From the NCBI GenBank assembly GCA_003522725.1, contig DPIG01000063.1:2641-57551 (forward strand): DNA of 54,911 nucleotides, read 5' to 3'. The notes beneath the pieces were generated by a model. The model ran no database searches, was not told where the DNA came from, and was given only the letters and a program-made list of their open reading frames with translations. The position numbers and the translations under genes are program-made. This stretch comes from Candidatus Omnitrophota bacterium (GTDB lineage: Bacteria > Omnitrophota > Gorgyraeia > Zapsychrales > Zapsychraceae). Shown in pieces: positions 1 to 9,456 of this stretch (the stretch's first letter is position 1; every line of letters starts with the position of its first letter).

Positions 1-897
1 TTGGCCCGGAGGATAAAGTGGGACCTGATCCTTTATCCAAACCACGGGCCTTATTTCCGTAACGATTGTCCGAAGATCTATATCGGGCACGGGCTTGGTT
101 CAGGAAAAGTGGGGCGGATAAAAGACCATTACGTTTTTGGAAAATATTCTCTCAATGGAAACGGCCGGGTCATTTACAAAAAAATATTCCTGGCCGGTGA
201 ACATGTCAAAGAACAAGTCCGGAAACATTACCCCGTATTTTATCCCCACGTCAAGGTTGTCGGGAGTCTTCTGGGAGACCGGCTTGTTAACGCGGACATT
301 CAAAACAGCGTGAGATCCACCGCGCCAAACCTGGACCGCGGGAAAAAAACAGTGATGCTCGCGTCATCCTGGGGCCCGCATTCCTTGATCCAAAGCCAGA
401 AAAATAAAATAGCGCGAGGGGTCCGCAATCTTGCCGGTGAGTATAATGTGGTCATTTCGCTCCACCCTAACAATTTTAACAAAATTCATTTTGAAGGGGT
501 TGATTTGGCGCAATTATTTTCCGAAATGGAGCATGAGAATGTTCATATCCAAAAGCCCGGAGACGATGGGCATCTTCTGTTACCCTTCGCCGATGTGCTT
601 GTCACGGATATGACCTCTTTAGGCCTCTATTTCCCGCTTTTAAACAAGCCCATCATTTTTTATGACAGCCCCGGACAGGAATATTTTCCCGACAGCCTTA
701 ACCAGGAATTGAGGAAAGCTTCCCATGTGACAAGGGATGTTTCTGATCTGCGCTCCGATGTGCGGGAAGCTCTGAAGAATTTTGATAAAGAAAAAATGGA
801 GGGATTGGCGGAAAGGACATTCAGCTATCGGGGCCGGGCCCGGGAGAGGTATTCATATGAGATATATGAAAGCCTGGGGCTGAAACAAAAATTATGA
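1..897 (+). CDS. CDP-glycerol glycerophosphotransferase (TagB/TagF-like) family protein, probably 5'-truncated by the window edge
   Basis: IGHG, SLHP, ADVLVTDMTSL (TDxSS-like) and KPIIFYD motifs; ATGA overlap with the next gene. Confidence 0.65.
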   Translation: MARRIKWDLILYPNHGPYFRNDCPKIYIGHGLGSGKVGRIKDHYVFGKYSLNGNGRVIYKKIFLAGEHVKEQVRKHYPVFYPHVKVVGSLLGDRLVNADIQNSVRSTAPNLDRGKKTVMLASSWGPHSLIQSQKNKIARGVRNLAGEYNVVISLHPNNFNKIHFEGVDLAQLFSEMEHENVHIQKPGDDGHLLLPFADVLVTDMTSLGLYFPLLNKPIIFYDSPGQEYFPDSLNQELRKASHVTRDVSDLRSDVREALKNFDKEKMEGLAERTFSYRGRARERYSYEIYESLGLKQKL

Positions 898-2150
898 ACA
901 TTTGTTTTTTATGCCGCAATTTTCATAAAGATTCTGGAGGGACCGAGACCTTTACGGTAAATTTTACCAGGGCTTTGGCCGAAGCGGGACACTGTGTTCA
1001 TATCCTCTGCCAGGACAGGGGTGATCTTAACAGGGGGCGCCTGGGCGGCCCGCCCCCCTCCATGGATTCATTAGAACCGGGCGAGGCTCGCCCGCCGGAA
1101 GCGGGCGGCAGCGTATTCGTCCACCACGTGAAGTTCAACGACCACCCCTTCCCCGGAGCCTGGACGGTTGAGAAATATTTCCCCCTGGAAGATCTCCGGT
1201 ATTCAAGCGCGGTCGCCAGGACGATCGATGCCGTCCATTCGCGATATCCTTTGGACATCATTGAAACGTTCGATTATTTCCGGCAGGGATTTGTTTATGC
1301 CCGTCGGCGCCGCCGCGTTCCCGTTTTCTTGCGTTTGCACGGGTGGTTCTTTAACCGGACCCAGGGGAGGGTGGACCCTTGGCCTACTCTGAGTTTTAAA
1401 GAGAAGATATCCTGGAGGATGCAGAGGGATACGCTGATCAAAGCCGATGGTGTGGCCGCTGTCGCGGCTGATACAGGGGACTTTGTGAAGCAGGTGTGGA
1501 GGATCAACCGGGATATCAAAACAATCTATAACGCGGTCGATTCTCAAAGCTTTGCTCCGGGAGGGGAAAAGGACCCCTGCCAGATTCTGTTTTCCGGGCG
1601 GCTTATTCCCAGAAAGGGCATCGATGTTCTGGCCGAGGCCATGCCTCTGGTCATCAAGGAATTCCCCGGCGTCACATTGGCTGTCGCGGGGGCCGACGCG
1701 TTGTCTGATAATGGAATACAAAATAGTCAGATGTTGCGAGATCGGATCGGCCTAAAACATGTGGAATATTTAGGACAACTCACTCAGGATCAGTTAAAAT
1801 TCTGGCTAAGAAAAAGCTCGATCCTTGTTATGCCTTCTTTGGATGAGGCTTTTCCCATGAGCGCCCTGGAAGCGATGGCCTCGGGGTGCGCTTTGATCGC
1901 TTCGGCGGTGGGAGGGTTGAAAGAATTAATTGACCATGAAGAAGACGGCCTTTTGGTTGATCCCGGGAATGCTCCCATGCTCGCTAACGCGATCGCGCGT
2001 CTGTTAAAGGACCCTGCGTTATGCCGGGATCTGGCCTCAAAAGGCCTGGAAAAAGTCAGGACAACTTATTCTCATAAAAGATTGGTGGAAGAGTCGATGG
2101 AGAGTTATCGTACGGCTATTAAAGCTTGGACTAACCCGGAGCAGTTCTAA
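894..2150 (+). CDS. GT4 glycosyltransferase
   Basis: N-terminal GGTE, FSGRLIPRKG, PSLDEAFPMSALEAMASG (EX7E). Confidence 0.9.
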   Translation: MNICFLCRNFHKDSGGTETFTVNFTRALAEAGHCVHILCQDRGDLNRGRLGGPPPSMDSLEPGEARPPEAGGSVFVHHVKFNDHPFPGAWTVEKYFPLEDLRYSSAVARTIDAVHSRYPLDIIETFDYFRQGFVYARRRRRVPVFLRLHGWFFNRTQGRVDPWPTLSFKEKISWRMQRDTLIKADGVAAVAADTGDFVKQVWRINRDIKTIYNAVDSQSFAPGGEKDPCQILFSGRLIPRKGIDVLAEAMPLVIKEFPGVTLAVAGADALSDNGIQNSQMLRDRIGLKHVEYLGQLTQDQLKFWLRKSSILVMPSLDEAFPMSALEAMASGCALIASAVGGLKELIDHEEDGLLVDPGNAPMLANAIARLLKDPALCRDLASKGLEKVRTTYSHKRLVEESMESYRTAIKAWTNPEQF

Positions 2151-3161
2151 ATGAAGCCCAAAGTGAGCATAATCATCCCCACGTATAACCGCGCGCATTA
2201 TATCGGCGAGTCGGTGGATAGTATCCTCGCGCAGACGTTTAAAGACTATGAAATCATCGTCGTTGATGATGGATCGACGGACAATACCCGCGAAGTCTTA
2301 AAAAAATACGGCGGCAAGGTTCAATACGTTTATCAGAACAATGCCGGCCCGCCGGCGGCGATGAATACCGGCGTGCGTAAAGCAAAGGGCGAGTATTATT
2401 TGATCCTCGGGGATGATGATGCCCTGATGCCCGATATGGTTGAACGACAAGTCGAGGTCCTGGATAAAAATCCTGATGCGGCGTTTGTCTGTTCGGGGAT
2501 CCATTTTGTTGATGCCGACGGCGAAATCTATAAGACGTCGCGGGACGGCCGCGCCCGGGAGCGGTCATTCAAAAGCCTGCTTTTTGATAATTTTGTCTGG
2601 CATTTGACCGCGTTGGTCCGGCGCAGTGTTTCCGAGGAGATGGGGCACTTCGATGAAACCCTTTTGACAACCCATGACCATGATCTCTGGATCCGCATGG
2701 CGATCAAATACCGTTTTGAATACACAGACTTGCCGCTCGCGAAGTTCCGCAGGCATCCGGGGAATTACAGCAAAACCCTCGGACTTCATCTGAAAGATCA
2801 TTTGGCGATATTGAATAAACCTGTTGTCCGTGAGCGCCTGACTTTTCTGGAGTGGGCAAAGTTCAGGGCAGTTAATTATTATCGCTTTGCCATGTTCTAC
2901 GCGCGCACGGGACAATGTTTTAAGGCTTCCTGTTGTTATTGGACCGCGGTTTTAAATCATCCATTTGTCGGCGCTTATTTTTGGACCCACGAAACAGAGA
3001 AAATGCGTTTTTCTTTGCCGTATCGGGTGCTGAAGCCCTACCTGATGCCGTTTTATTATTCGCTTAAAACTCCGGTTTTAATGTATCTAGACCTTTTCGC
3101 GGAAAAGAATGAAAAAGAGTTCGAAAATGGGTCCGCCATTCAAAAAGATAATCTTGTGTGA
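2151..3161 (+). CDS. GT2 glycosyltransferase
   Basis: VSIIIPTYN, VDDGSTD, DDD metal motif, HDHDLWIR. Confidence 0.9.
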   Translation: MKPKVSIIIPTYNRAHYIGESVDSILAQTFKDYEIIVVDDGSTDNTREVLKKYGGKVQYVYQNNAGPPAAMNTGVRKAKGEYYLILGDDDALMPDMVERQVEVLDKNPDAAFVCSGIHFVDADGEIYKTSRDGRARERSFKSLLFDNFVWHLTALVRRSVSEEMGHFDETLLTTHDHDLWIRMAIKYRFEYTDLPLAKFRRHPGNYSKTLGLHLKDHLAILNKPVVRERLTFLEWAKFRAVNYYRFAMFYARTGQCFKASCCYWTAVLNHPFVGAYFWTHETEKMRFSLPYRVLKPYLMPFYYSLKTPVLMYLDLFAEKNEKEFENGSAIQKDNLV

Positions 3162-3181
3162 GCAAGATGAGGCATGGGTTT

Positions 3182-4084
3182 ATGCGTAAAGTCAGCGTTT
3201 TGGTCCCGTCATATAACGCCTCGCGCTATCTGTCGCAAGCGGTAGATAGCGCGCTTAATCAGACGTTTCAGGATTTTGAGATTATTATCATTGATGACGG
3301 GTCAACGGATAATACCAGAGAGATCGTTGAAAGATATTTAAAGCGGGCGCCGGATAAGATCCGGTATATTTACCAGGACAACCAGGGCCTGGCCCGCGCG
3401 CGCAATACGGGACTGCGGCACGCGCGAGGGGAATACGTGGCCCTCCTGGACGCGGATGACGTCTGGCTGCCGGCGCGCCTGGAAGAGACGGTCAAAATTT
3501 TGGACGCCGACAGTTCGGCAGGCATCGCGCACGCCAATATTACGAGGATTTCGGAGACGGGAGATAAACTGGATACGCCCCGGCGCGACGCGCGGTATTT
3601 GTCGGGATATATCTTCGAGAATATCTTTTTGCGCGACGCGCATTTATCCTGCCCGACGGTTTTATTTCGAAGAAAATGCTGTGAAGAGGTCGGGGGCTTT
3701 GACCCGGGCCTGACGAGATTGGGCTGTGAAGACCGCGAACTGTGGTTACGGATTTCTCAAAAGTTCAAAATTCAGTATATCGACAAAGTCCTGGCGCTTT
3801 ACCGTGTCAGCGGCAAAAGCATGAGTCAGGATAAAGAAAAAATGATGCAGGCGCGCATGTATGTCATTGATAAGTTTTGTCCGGCGGATGGGGGCAATCG
3901 ACAGCTCAGACGAAAAGCTTTGGCCAAAATTCACCATGACCTTGGTGATGAATTGCTGTTTGAACAAAAATTTAAAGATTCACAAAGGCAGTATTTTAAA
4001 TCCATAACTTTGAACCCGTTTTCGGCCTGGTCATGGATTAATTTCTTCAAAGCCTTGTTAAAAATAAAGGTTAACCATGCTTGA
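3182..4084 (+). CDS. GT2 glycosyltransferase (ORF open from 3158; likely start MRKVSV)
   Basis: VLVPSYN, IDDGSTD, ARNTG, LDADD, EDRELWLR. Confidence 0.9.
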   Translation: MRKVSVLVPSYNASRYLSQAVDSALNQTFQDFEIIIIDDGSTDNTREIVERYLKRAPDKIRYIYQDNQGLARARNTGLRHARGEYVALLDADDVWLPARLEETVKILDADSSAGIAHANITRISETGDKLDTPRRDARYLSGYIFENIFLRDAHLSCPTVLFRRKCCEEVGGFDPGLTRLGCEDRELWLRISQKFKIQYIDKVLALYRVSGKSMSQDKEKMMQARMYVIDKFCPADGGNRQLRRKALAKIHHDLGDELLFEQKFKDSQRQYFKSITLNPFSAWSWINFFKALLKIKVNHA

Positions 4085-4601
4085 CAACCTTAAGGCAGAT
4101 ATCAAACGGTACGTTAAAGATCCGCGCACAAAAGAAAATATTTATTTAATTTTTGAGCAGGGGATCTGGGCCGTTGCTGTGTATCGGTTTGGCCGTTGGG
4201 TGCGAGGGGTGCGGGTTCCCGTTATTTCTTCCCTGTTCAAAATTGTTGCGTTCTTATTATTCAAGCTCACAGAAATTATCGCGGGCATATCGTTGCCCGC
4301 CAGCGCCGACATCGGTAAAGGGTTCTATGTCGGGCATTTTGGCGGTATTATTTTGCATAGCGACGTTAAAATGGGCGAAAACTGTTCGATCGGGCCTGGG
4401 GTATTGATCGGCACGCGTGGTTTAGGCAATACCGGCGTCCCGGTCATCGGCAATAACGTCTATATCGGATCAGGCGCCAAAATTCTGGGCGGCATAAAAA
4501 TCGGCGACAACGTCAAGATCGGGGCTAACGCCGTTGTATTGTCGGACGTCCCCGACGGCGCGACCGCGGCCGGCGTCCCCGCTAAAATCATAAAATCATA
4601 A
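4077..4601 (+). CDS. Serine O-acetyltransferase-like hexapeptide-repeat acetyltransferase (WcaB/EpsC-like polysaccharide O-acetylase)
   Basis: IGKGFYVGHFG, PVIGNNVYIGSGAKILG, IGANAVV, GVPAK left-handed beta-helix; EPS context. Confidence 0.85.
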   Translation: MLDNLKADIKRYVKDPRTKENIYLIFEQGIWAVAVYRFGRWVRGVRVPVISSLFKIVAFLLFKLTEIIAGISLPASADIGKGFYVGHFGGIILHSDVKMGENCSIGPGVLIGTRGLGNTGVPVIGNNVYIGSGAKILGGIKIGDNVKIGANAVVLSDVPDGATAAGVPAKIIKS

Positions 4602-4613
4602 AGGAAAACTGAT

Positions 4614-5969
4614 ATGGGCTTCGGGATATTGGCAACGATTAAAAGCTTCGCCCCTTGGGTTCTTTACCTGACAGTGATCGCGGCATTTTTTGCCGGACTA
4701 ACGGGCAAGGTCCGCTGGCCTCTTTTGGTTATTACATTCCTCCTCCCGCTGCGCAATGTGGTGGAACGTTTGTATGAGTTTCCCCTGGGGAACCAACTCC
4801 TTGACATCCTTATCGGCGGCATGTTGATCGGCTGGCTCATATCCGCGGCAACGGAACGCAAGAAATTCATGGAACGTTCGTCCATCAACGGGATGGCCAT
4901 TGTATTAGTCCTTTATCTGACATTCACCCTTTTGATCGGGAACAACTCCCTGACGGGATCAATAGCTTTAGACCCCGGGGACCCGCGCGTTCAAGATTGG
5001 AAGAATTTTTGTCTTCTGCCGTTATTATTTTTCCTGACATTGAATAATATCACCGACAAAAAATGGGTCTTGCGGGTATTGGGCGTTATGTGCTTTGCCA
5101 TGATTATCATGGCTTATTACACCGTGAGTCAAGTCGGCATGTTCTCGGCGCTTGTATCCAGAGAAAAAATCACCGGGACGTTCGTCTTTTTAGGGCCGAA
5201 TGAAGTCGCCGCCTTTTTGAATCAATACACCATCATTCTCATGAGCGTCTATTTCTTTATGAAACGAAAACCGATAAAATTGATTTTATTGGGGCTCATC
5301 TGCGTTAATCTTTATTGCGTCCTGTTTCTGTATTCGCGCGCCGCTTATGCCGGATTGGCCATAGGCCTATTTCTGTTGTTCCTGTTTAAAAACAGAAAAC
5401 TACTCCTGCCGCTCATCATGGTCCTGCTGCTTTGGCAGGTTGTTTTGCCGGAGAAAGCGATCGAGCGCATCGAAGGCACCAAGACCGAGTACGGAGAACT
5501 TGATGAATCCTCCGAAAGGAGATTGGTGGTTTGGCAAAAAGGGCTGGAAATTTTTAAGGAAAATTCCGTGGTTGGCATCGGGTTCGGCGTGTTCCGGACT
5601 TTAGGGTACGATTTGGGAGATACGCACAATATCTACGTAAAAATTCTCGTTGAGCAGGGACTCGTGGGATTACTCATTTTCTTATTAGTTATTCTCGCGT
5701 TTATGATCGAAGGTTTCCGCTTATATAAGAAAGGGGATGATGACTTCAGCAAAGGGCTGGGATTGGGACTTTTTGTGTGCATGTTCGTGCTTTCGGTGAA
5801 TAATTTCTTTGGGGACCGTTGGAGTTATTTTGAGCTGAGCGGTTATCTATGGATTTTCGCCGGTTTAGTGGCGCGGCTCAATATTATCTCCAGCGAAGAA
5901 AACAGACCAGCCCGACCTGCCAAAAAGAAATCTACTAATTTAAAAAATCCGTACATCAGGCCTGCCTGA
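4614..5969 (+). CDS. O-antigen ligase / Wzy polymerase family membrane protein
   Basis: Many TM segments; GPNE, YSRAA, R..VW, GIGFG and THNIYVKILVEQG Wzy_C motifs. Confidence 0.85.
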   Translation: MGFGILATIKSFAPWVLYLTVIAAFFAGLTGKVRWPLLVITFLLPLRNVVERLYEFPLGNQLLDILIGGMLIGWLISAATERKKFMERSSINGMAIVLVLYLTFTLLIGNNSLTGSIALDPGDPRVQDWKNFCLLPLLFFLTLNNITDKKWVLRVLGVMCFAMIIMAYYTVSQVGMFSALVSREKITGTFVFLGPNEVAAFLNQYTIILMSVYFFMKRKPIKLILLGLICVNLYCVLFLYSRAAYAGLAIGLFLLFLFKNRKLLLPLIMVLLLWQVVLPEKAIERIEGTKTEYGELDESSERRLVVWQKGLEIFKENSVVGIGFGVFRTLGYDLGDTHNIYVKILVEQGLVGLLIFLLVILAFMIEGFRLYKKGDDDFSKGLGLGLFVCMFVLSVNNFFGDRWSYFELSGYLWIFAGLVARLNIISSEENRPARPAKKKSTNLKNPYIRPA

Positions 5970-6125
5970 TTCGGACACTCCCGGAGTGTCCCGGCTCATT
6001 TTTTTGTGCAGTGTACTGCACAAAATAGCAATATCTTGTGCAGTAAGTTTTACCCCAGATTCTTTCGTGCGGCCTCTTCGGGGTAAATCTTGCTATTGCA
6101 AAATTGGGGATAAATTAAAAGAACA

Positions 6126-6154
6126 TTGCCAAAGGACGATTTGTCTCATATACT
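6126..6154 (+). promoter_or_regulatory. sigma70-type promoter of the MNT-HEPN pair
   Basis: TTGCCA-17 bp-TATACT. Confidence 0.55.
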
Positions 6155-6191
6155 ATGTTTAAGCCTAATCTACGATACTTAGGGACAATCT

Positions 6192-6758
6192 ATGAGAATG
6201 AGACAAAAACTTAATGGCGACATAGTGAATTTTACCAATGCCCAGAGAGTCCTTTCATTTTTCGCAGAGGATTCTCACAAGGAATTTCTGGCTTTAGAAA
6301 TTCAAAAGGCCACCGGCTTAAGCAAGGCCGGGGTTTACCGTGCCCTGGATGAATTAGCTTGCCAGCAGTTGATCAAAAAACATAAAAGAGGACGGTTTGT
6401 GCTCTATTCAGCGATTACCGATGATTGCGTCCTTCGTCAGTTTAAAGTGTTAAAGACAGTCATTTTTTTAAAAAAATTGGTTCGGCAGCTTAAAGCATCT
6501 TCGCGCAAGATTATCTTTTTTGGCAGTGCGGCAAGAGGGGAAAATCGCAAAGATAGTGACCTCGATTTGCTGATTGTTTCCAAGGATCCTGAAGTTACGG
6601 AAAAGATCGTTGCCCATTTTAAGTCAAAGCGAAAAATTCAGCCTGTAATCAAAACATCGACCCAACTGGTTCAGATGGAGGAGAAAGATAAGGAATTTTT
6701 TGACGAAATTAACAGTGGCATTGCATTATGGGAAGAAGGCGATGAGCATCGATTATGA
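6192..6758 (+). CDS. HTH + minimal nucleotidyltransferase (MNT antitoxin)
   Basis: N-terminal HTH (ATGLSKAGVYRAL) and FGSAARGENRKDSDLDL (GSx10DxD). Confidence 0.85.
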   Translation: MRMRQKLNGDIVNFTNAQRVLSFFAEDSHKEFLALEIQKATGLSKAGVYRALDELACQQLIKKHKRGRFVLYSAITDDCVLRQFKVLKTVIFLKKLVRQLKASSRKIIFFGSAARGENRKDSDLDLLIVSKDPEVTEKIVAHFKSKRKIQPVIKTSTQLVQMEEKDKEFFDEINSGIALWEEGDEHRL

Positions 6759-7188
6759 GAGTTGTTTAAAGAAAGGGAAAATTCGTTCCTTTAGTCGAGG
6801 GAAAGGATTAGCCAATAAAGAACTTCAGGCCGCTTCTGCTGATTTGGAGAGATCCCAAAAAACGTTCAAGGATAACGACTATAAATGGGCCACTGTTCAG
6901 CTTTATTATTCCATGTTTCACAGCGCCAGAGCCCTTTTATATTTTAAAAATTTGCGCGAACATAGCCATTTTTGTCTGATTGCCGCTATTCAAACATTAT
7001 ACGTTAAAACCAAGCAACTCCCTGTGACTCTTCTTGAAGCCTTGAAAAAGGCCAAGAATTTACGAGAGGATGCCGATTATTACGACCGTTGGTCCGAAGA
7101 AGGATACCGGAAGTTGTTGAGTGCCGCGGAAGATTTCCTCAATAAAGCGAATCAAATCATTTCCGACCAGAAATCCCAAGTTGAATAA
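6742..7188 (+). CDS. HEPN domain protein (UPF0332-like), partner of the MNT
   Basis: YYSMFHSARALL, EHSH and LREDADY (Rx4Y-type) motifs; overlaps the MNT end; start MSIDY. Confidence 0.85.
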   Translation: MSIDYESCLKKGKIRSFSRGKGLANKELQAASADLERSQKTFKDNDYKWATVQLYYSMFHSARALLYFKNLREHSHFCLIAAIQTLYVKTKQLPVTLLEALKKAKNLREDADYYDRWSEEGYRKLLSAAEDFLNKANQIISDQKSQVE

Positions 7189-7212
7189 TCTCAGAGAGTT
7201 CTAATCGATTTA

Positions 7213-8355
7213 ATGAACACCCCTCAAGCAAAAACTAACATACTTCTTTTAACCGACTGCCTGGCGGACCTGACAGGCGGGGCGGAGCGCCAGATCTATG
7301 AGCTGGCGAAAGGCCTCGACAAGGATAAATTCAACGTCACTGTTGCCAGTCTCGAATGCGTCGGGCAGGCCCCGCGCCAGCTGGTCGAGGGCATCGGCTG
7401 CCGGTTGGAAACCTTCCGGGTTGTCCGCGTCTACGGCCTTTCGGGATTTATTCAGGGTTTAAAATTCTTCCGGTTCCTTAAAACCGCCCGCGTTGACATT
7501 GTGCAAACATATCATTTCAGCTCCGATATCTGGGGAGTTTTTTGGGCGCATCTGGCCGGTGTGCCCGTCATAATTTCCAACCGCCGGGACATGGGGTTCT
7601 GGCGTAAAAACCATCATGCGCCCGCTTACCGATTCATCAACCGATGGGTTAAAAAGATCGTAACGGTCACCGAATCGGTCAAAAAAATGGTCATTGAAAC
7701 CGAAGGCGTGGCGCCGTCAAAAGTGGAAGTCATTTGCAACGGCGTGGATGTGTCAGTCGGACGTCAGCCGTCAGACGTCAGAAGTTTAAAAGAAGAACTG
7801 GGCATTAAAGAAAATGAGCTCGTGGTCATCCACGTCGCCAACCTTAAGCCGGTCAAAGGTCATCGCTTCCTTCTGCGCGCTTTCGCGGAAATCATCCGAC
7901 AAGTGCCCCATGTAAAATTACTGCTTATTGGGAAGGATGAGCTTAACGGTTCTTTGCACCGGCTGGCCTCGCAGTTGGATATCGCCAATAATGTTTTATT
8001 TTTGGGGACACGCCAGGATGTCCCTGACCTGCTGTCGGCCGCGGACATTTGTGTTTTGCCTTCGTTAAGCGAAGGGATGTCCAACGCGATCCTGGAATAC
8101 ATGGCCGCCGGAAAGCCGGTCGTCGCGACCAACGTCGGAGGGAATCCGGAATTGATCAAAAACGGATTCAACGGATTTCTGGTAGCCGTGGAAAACGTCG
8201 AGGAGCTTAAAAATGCCCTGCTGGCACTCATCAAAGACGCGGGGAAGCGCCAGGCCATGGGCGCCAATGGTTTTACGCGGGTCAAGCAGGAATTCTCAAT
8301 GGAAAAGATGGTCCGGAAATACGAAGAATTGTTCAATCCGGGATCATTATCATGA
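7213..8355 (+). CDS. GT4 glycosyltransferase
   Basis: GGAERQ, VANLKPVKGH, PSLSEGMSNAILEYMAAG. Confidence 0.92.
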   Translation: MNTPQAKTNILLLTDCLADLTGGAERQIYELAKGLDKDKFNVTVASLECVGQAPRQLVEGIGCRLETFRVVRVYGLSGFIQGLKFFRFLKTARVDIVQTYHFSSDIWGVFWAHLAGVPVIISNRRDMGFWRKNHHAPAYRFINRWVKKIVTVTESVKKMVIETEGVAPSKVEVICNGVDVSVGRQPSDVRSLKEELGIKENELVVIHVANLKPVKGHRFLLRAFAEIIRQVPHVKLLLIGKDELNGSLHRLASQLDIANNVLFLGTRQDVPDLLSAADICVLPSLSEGMSNAILEYMAAGKPVVATNVGGNPELIKNGFNGFLVAVENVEELKNALLALIKDAGKRQAMGANGFTRVKQEFSMEKMVRKYEELFNPGSLS

Positions 8356-9455
8356 AAATCCTTCATTTTATCAGCAGCGGCGGGCTATTTGGGGCGGAGC
8401 AGGTGATGCTGTCCTTAAGCCGGTACGCCAGGCAAAACGGGATCGAGGCTGTTATCGGCGCGATCCATGACCGGCGCGACCCTCACCTGGAAATTATTGA
8501 AAAAGCCCGGCGCGAGGCGCTGCCGACGGTCGTTTTCAAAAGCCGCGGCTTATTGGACATCAATACGATCCGCGAATTACGGAATTTTCTTAAAGCTGAC
8601 AACATCGATGTGCTGCATACGCATAATTACAAATCCGACTTTCTCGGCCTGATCGCGGCAAGGATGGCGAAGATACCCGTTGTCGCTACCGCCCACGGGT
8701 TCACGGATATGACCCGGGCCGTCACCTTTTATGAGAAATTAGACCGCTGGCTGCTGTCCTCATTCTTTGATCGCGTGGTTGTGGTCACATCGAAAATCTT
8801 TCCTCGTTGGCAGGGGGAGAGAAAAAAGGTCATCGCCAACGGCATCGATATCCATCCATTCACCGCCACAAACGTCGACCGCGCCAAAATCCGGGCACGC
8901 TATGGCATGAAACCGGAAGATTTTGTGGTCGCGACCGTCGGGCGCTTAAGCAAAGAAAAAAATCAAGCCCTGCTCGTCAACGCGTTTATGCCGCTGGCCA
9001 AACAAAACGGCCGCCTCAAATTACTGATTATCGGCGACGGGCCACAGCGGCAAAATTTAAAAAACCTGGTCACTCAGCTTGGGCTCACCAGCCAGGTCAT
9101 ATTCACCGGGATTATAACCGAAACGGCCGCTATGTATCGCGCCATGGACATTTTTGCTTTAAGCTCTCTGGCTGAAGGCGTTCCCATCACGCTTCTGGAG
9201 GCCATGGCGTCTAAAGTCGCGGTGGTGGCGACCAAAGTGGGGGGCATCCCTGATATTATCCGGGATACTGAAACCGGCCTGTTAGTGACATCGCAAGACG
9301 CCGACGATTTAACACAAGCGTTAAATTCTTTAATGACCGATAAGAGCAAACGGCAAATGTTAACCGCGGCGGCGTTTGACTTTGTCCGCGCCAACTATTC
9401 GCTGGAGCAGATGGGCCAGGCTTATCAAAAAATTTATACAGAGGTATTACACTAA
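8352..9455 (+). CDS. GT4 glycosyltransferase
   Basis: GAEQV, HTHNY, VGRLSKEKN, SLAEGVPITLLEAMA. Confidence 0.92.
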   Translation: MKILHFISSGGLFGAEQVMLSLSRYARQNGIEAVIGAIHDRRDPHLEIIEKARREALPTVVFKSRGLLDINTIRELRNFLKADNIDVLHTHNYKSDFLGLIAARMAKIPVVATAHGFTDMTRAVTFYEKLDRWLLSSFFDRVVVVTSKIFPRWQGERKKVIANGIDIHPFTATNVDRAKIRARYGMKPEDFVVATVGRLSKEKNQALLVNAFMPLAKQNGRLKLLIIGDGPQRQNLKNLVTQLGLTSQVIFTGIITETAAMYRAMDIFALSSLAEGVPITLLEAMASKVAVVATKVGGIPDIIRDTETGLLVTSQDADDLTQALNSLMTDKSKRQMLTAAAFDFVRANYSLEQMGQAYQKIYTEVLH

Positions 9456-9456
9456 A

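Noticed and set aside
7752-7782. GTCAG heptamer-like micro-repeats inside a GT4
   Set aside because: Short, imperfect, in a variable linker; frame intact and no sign of phase variation
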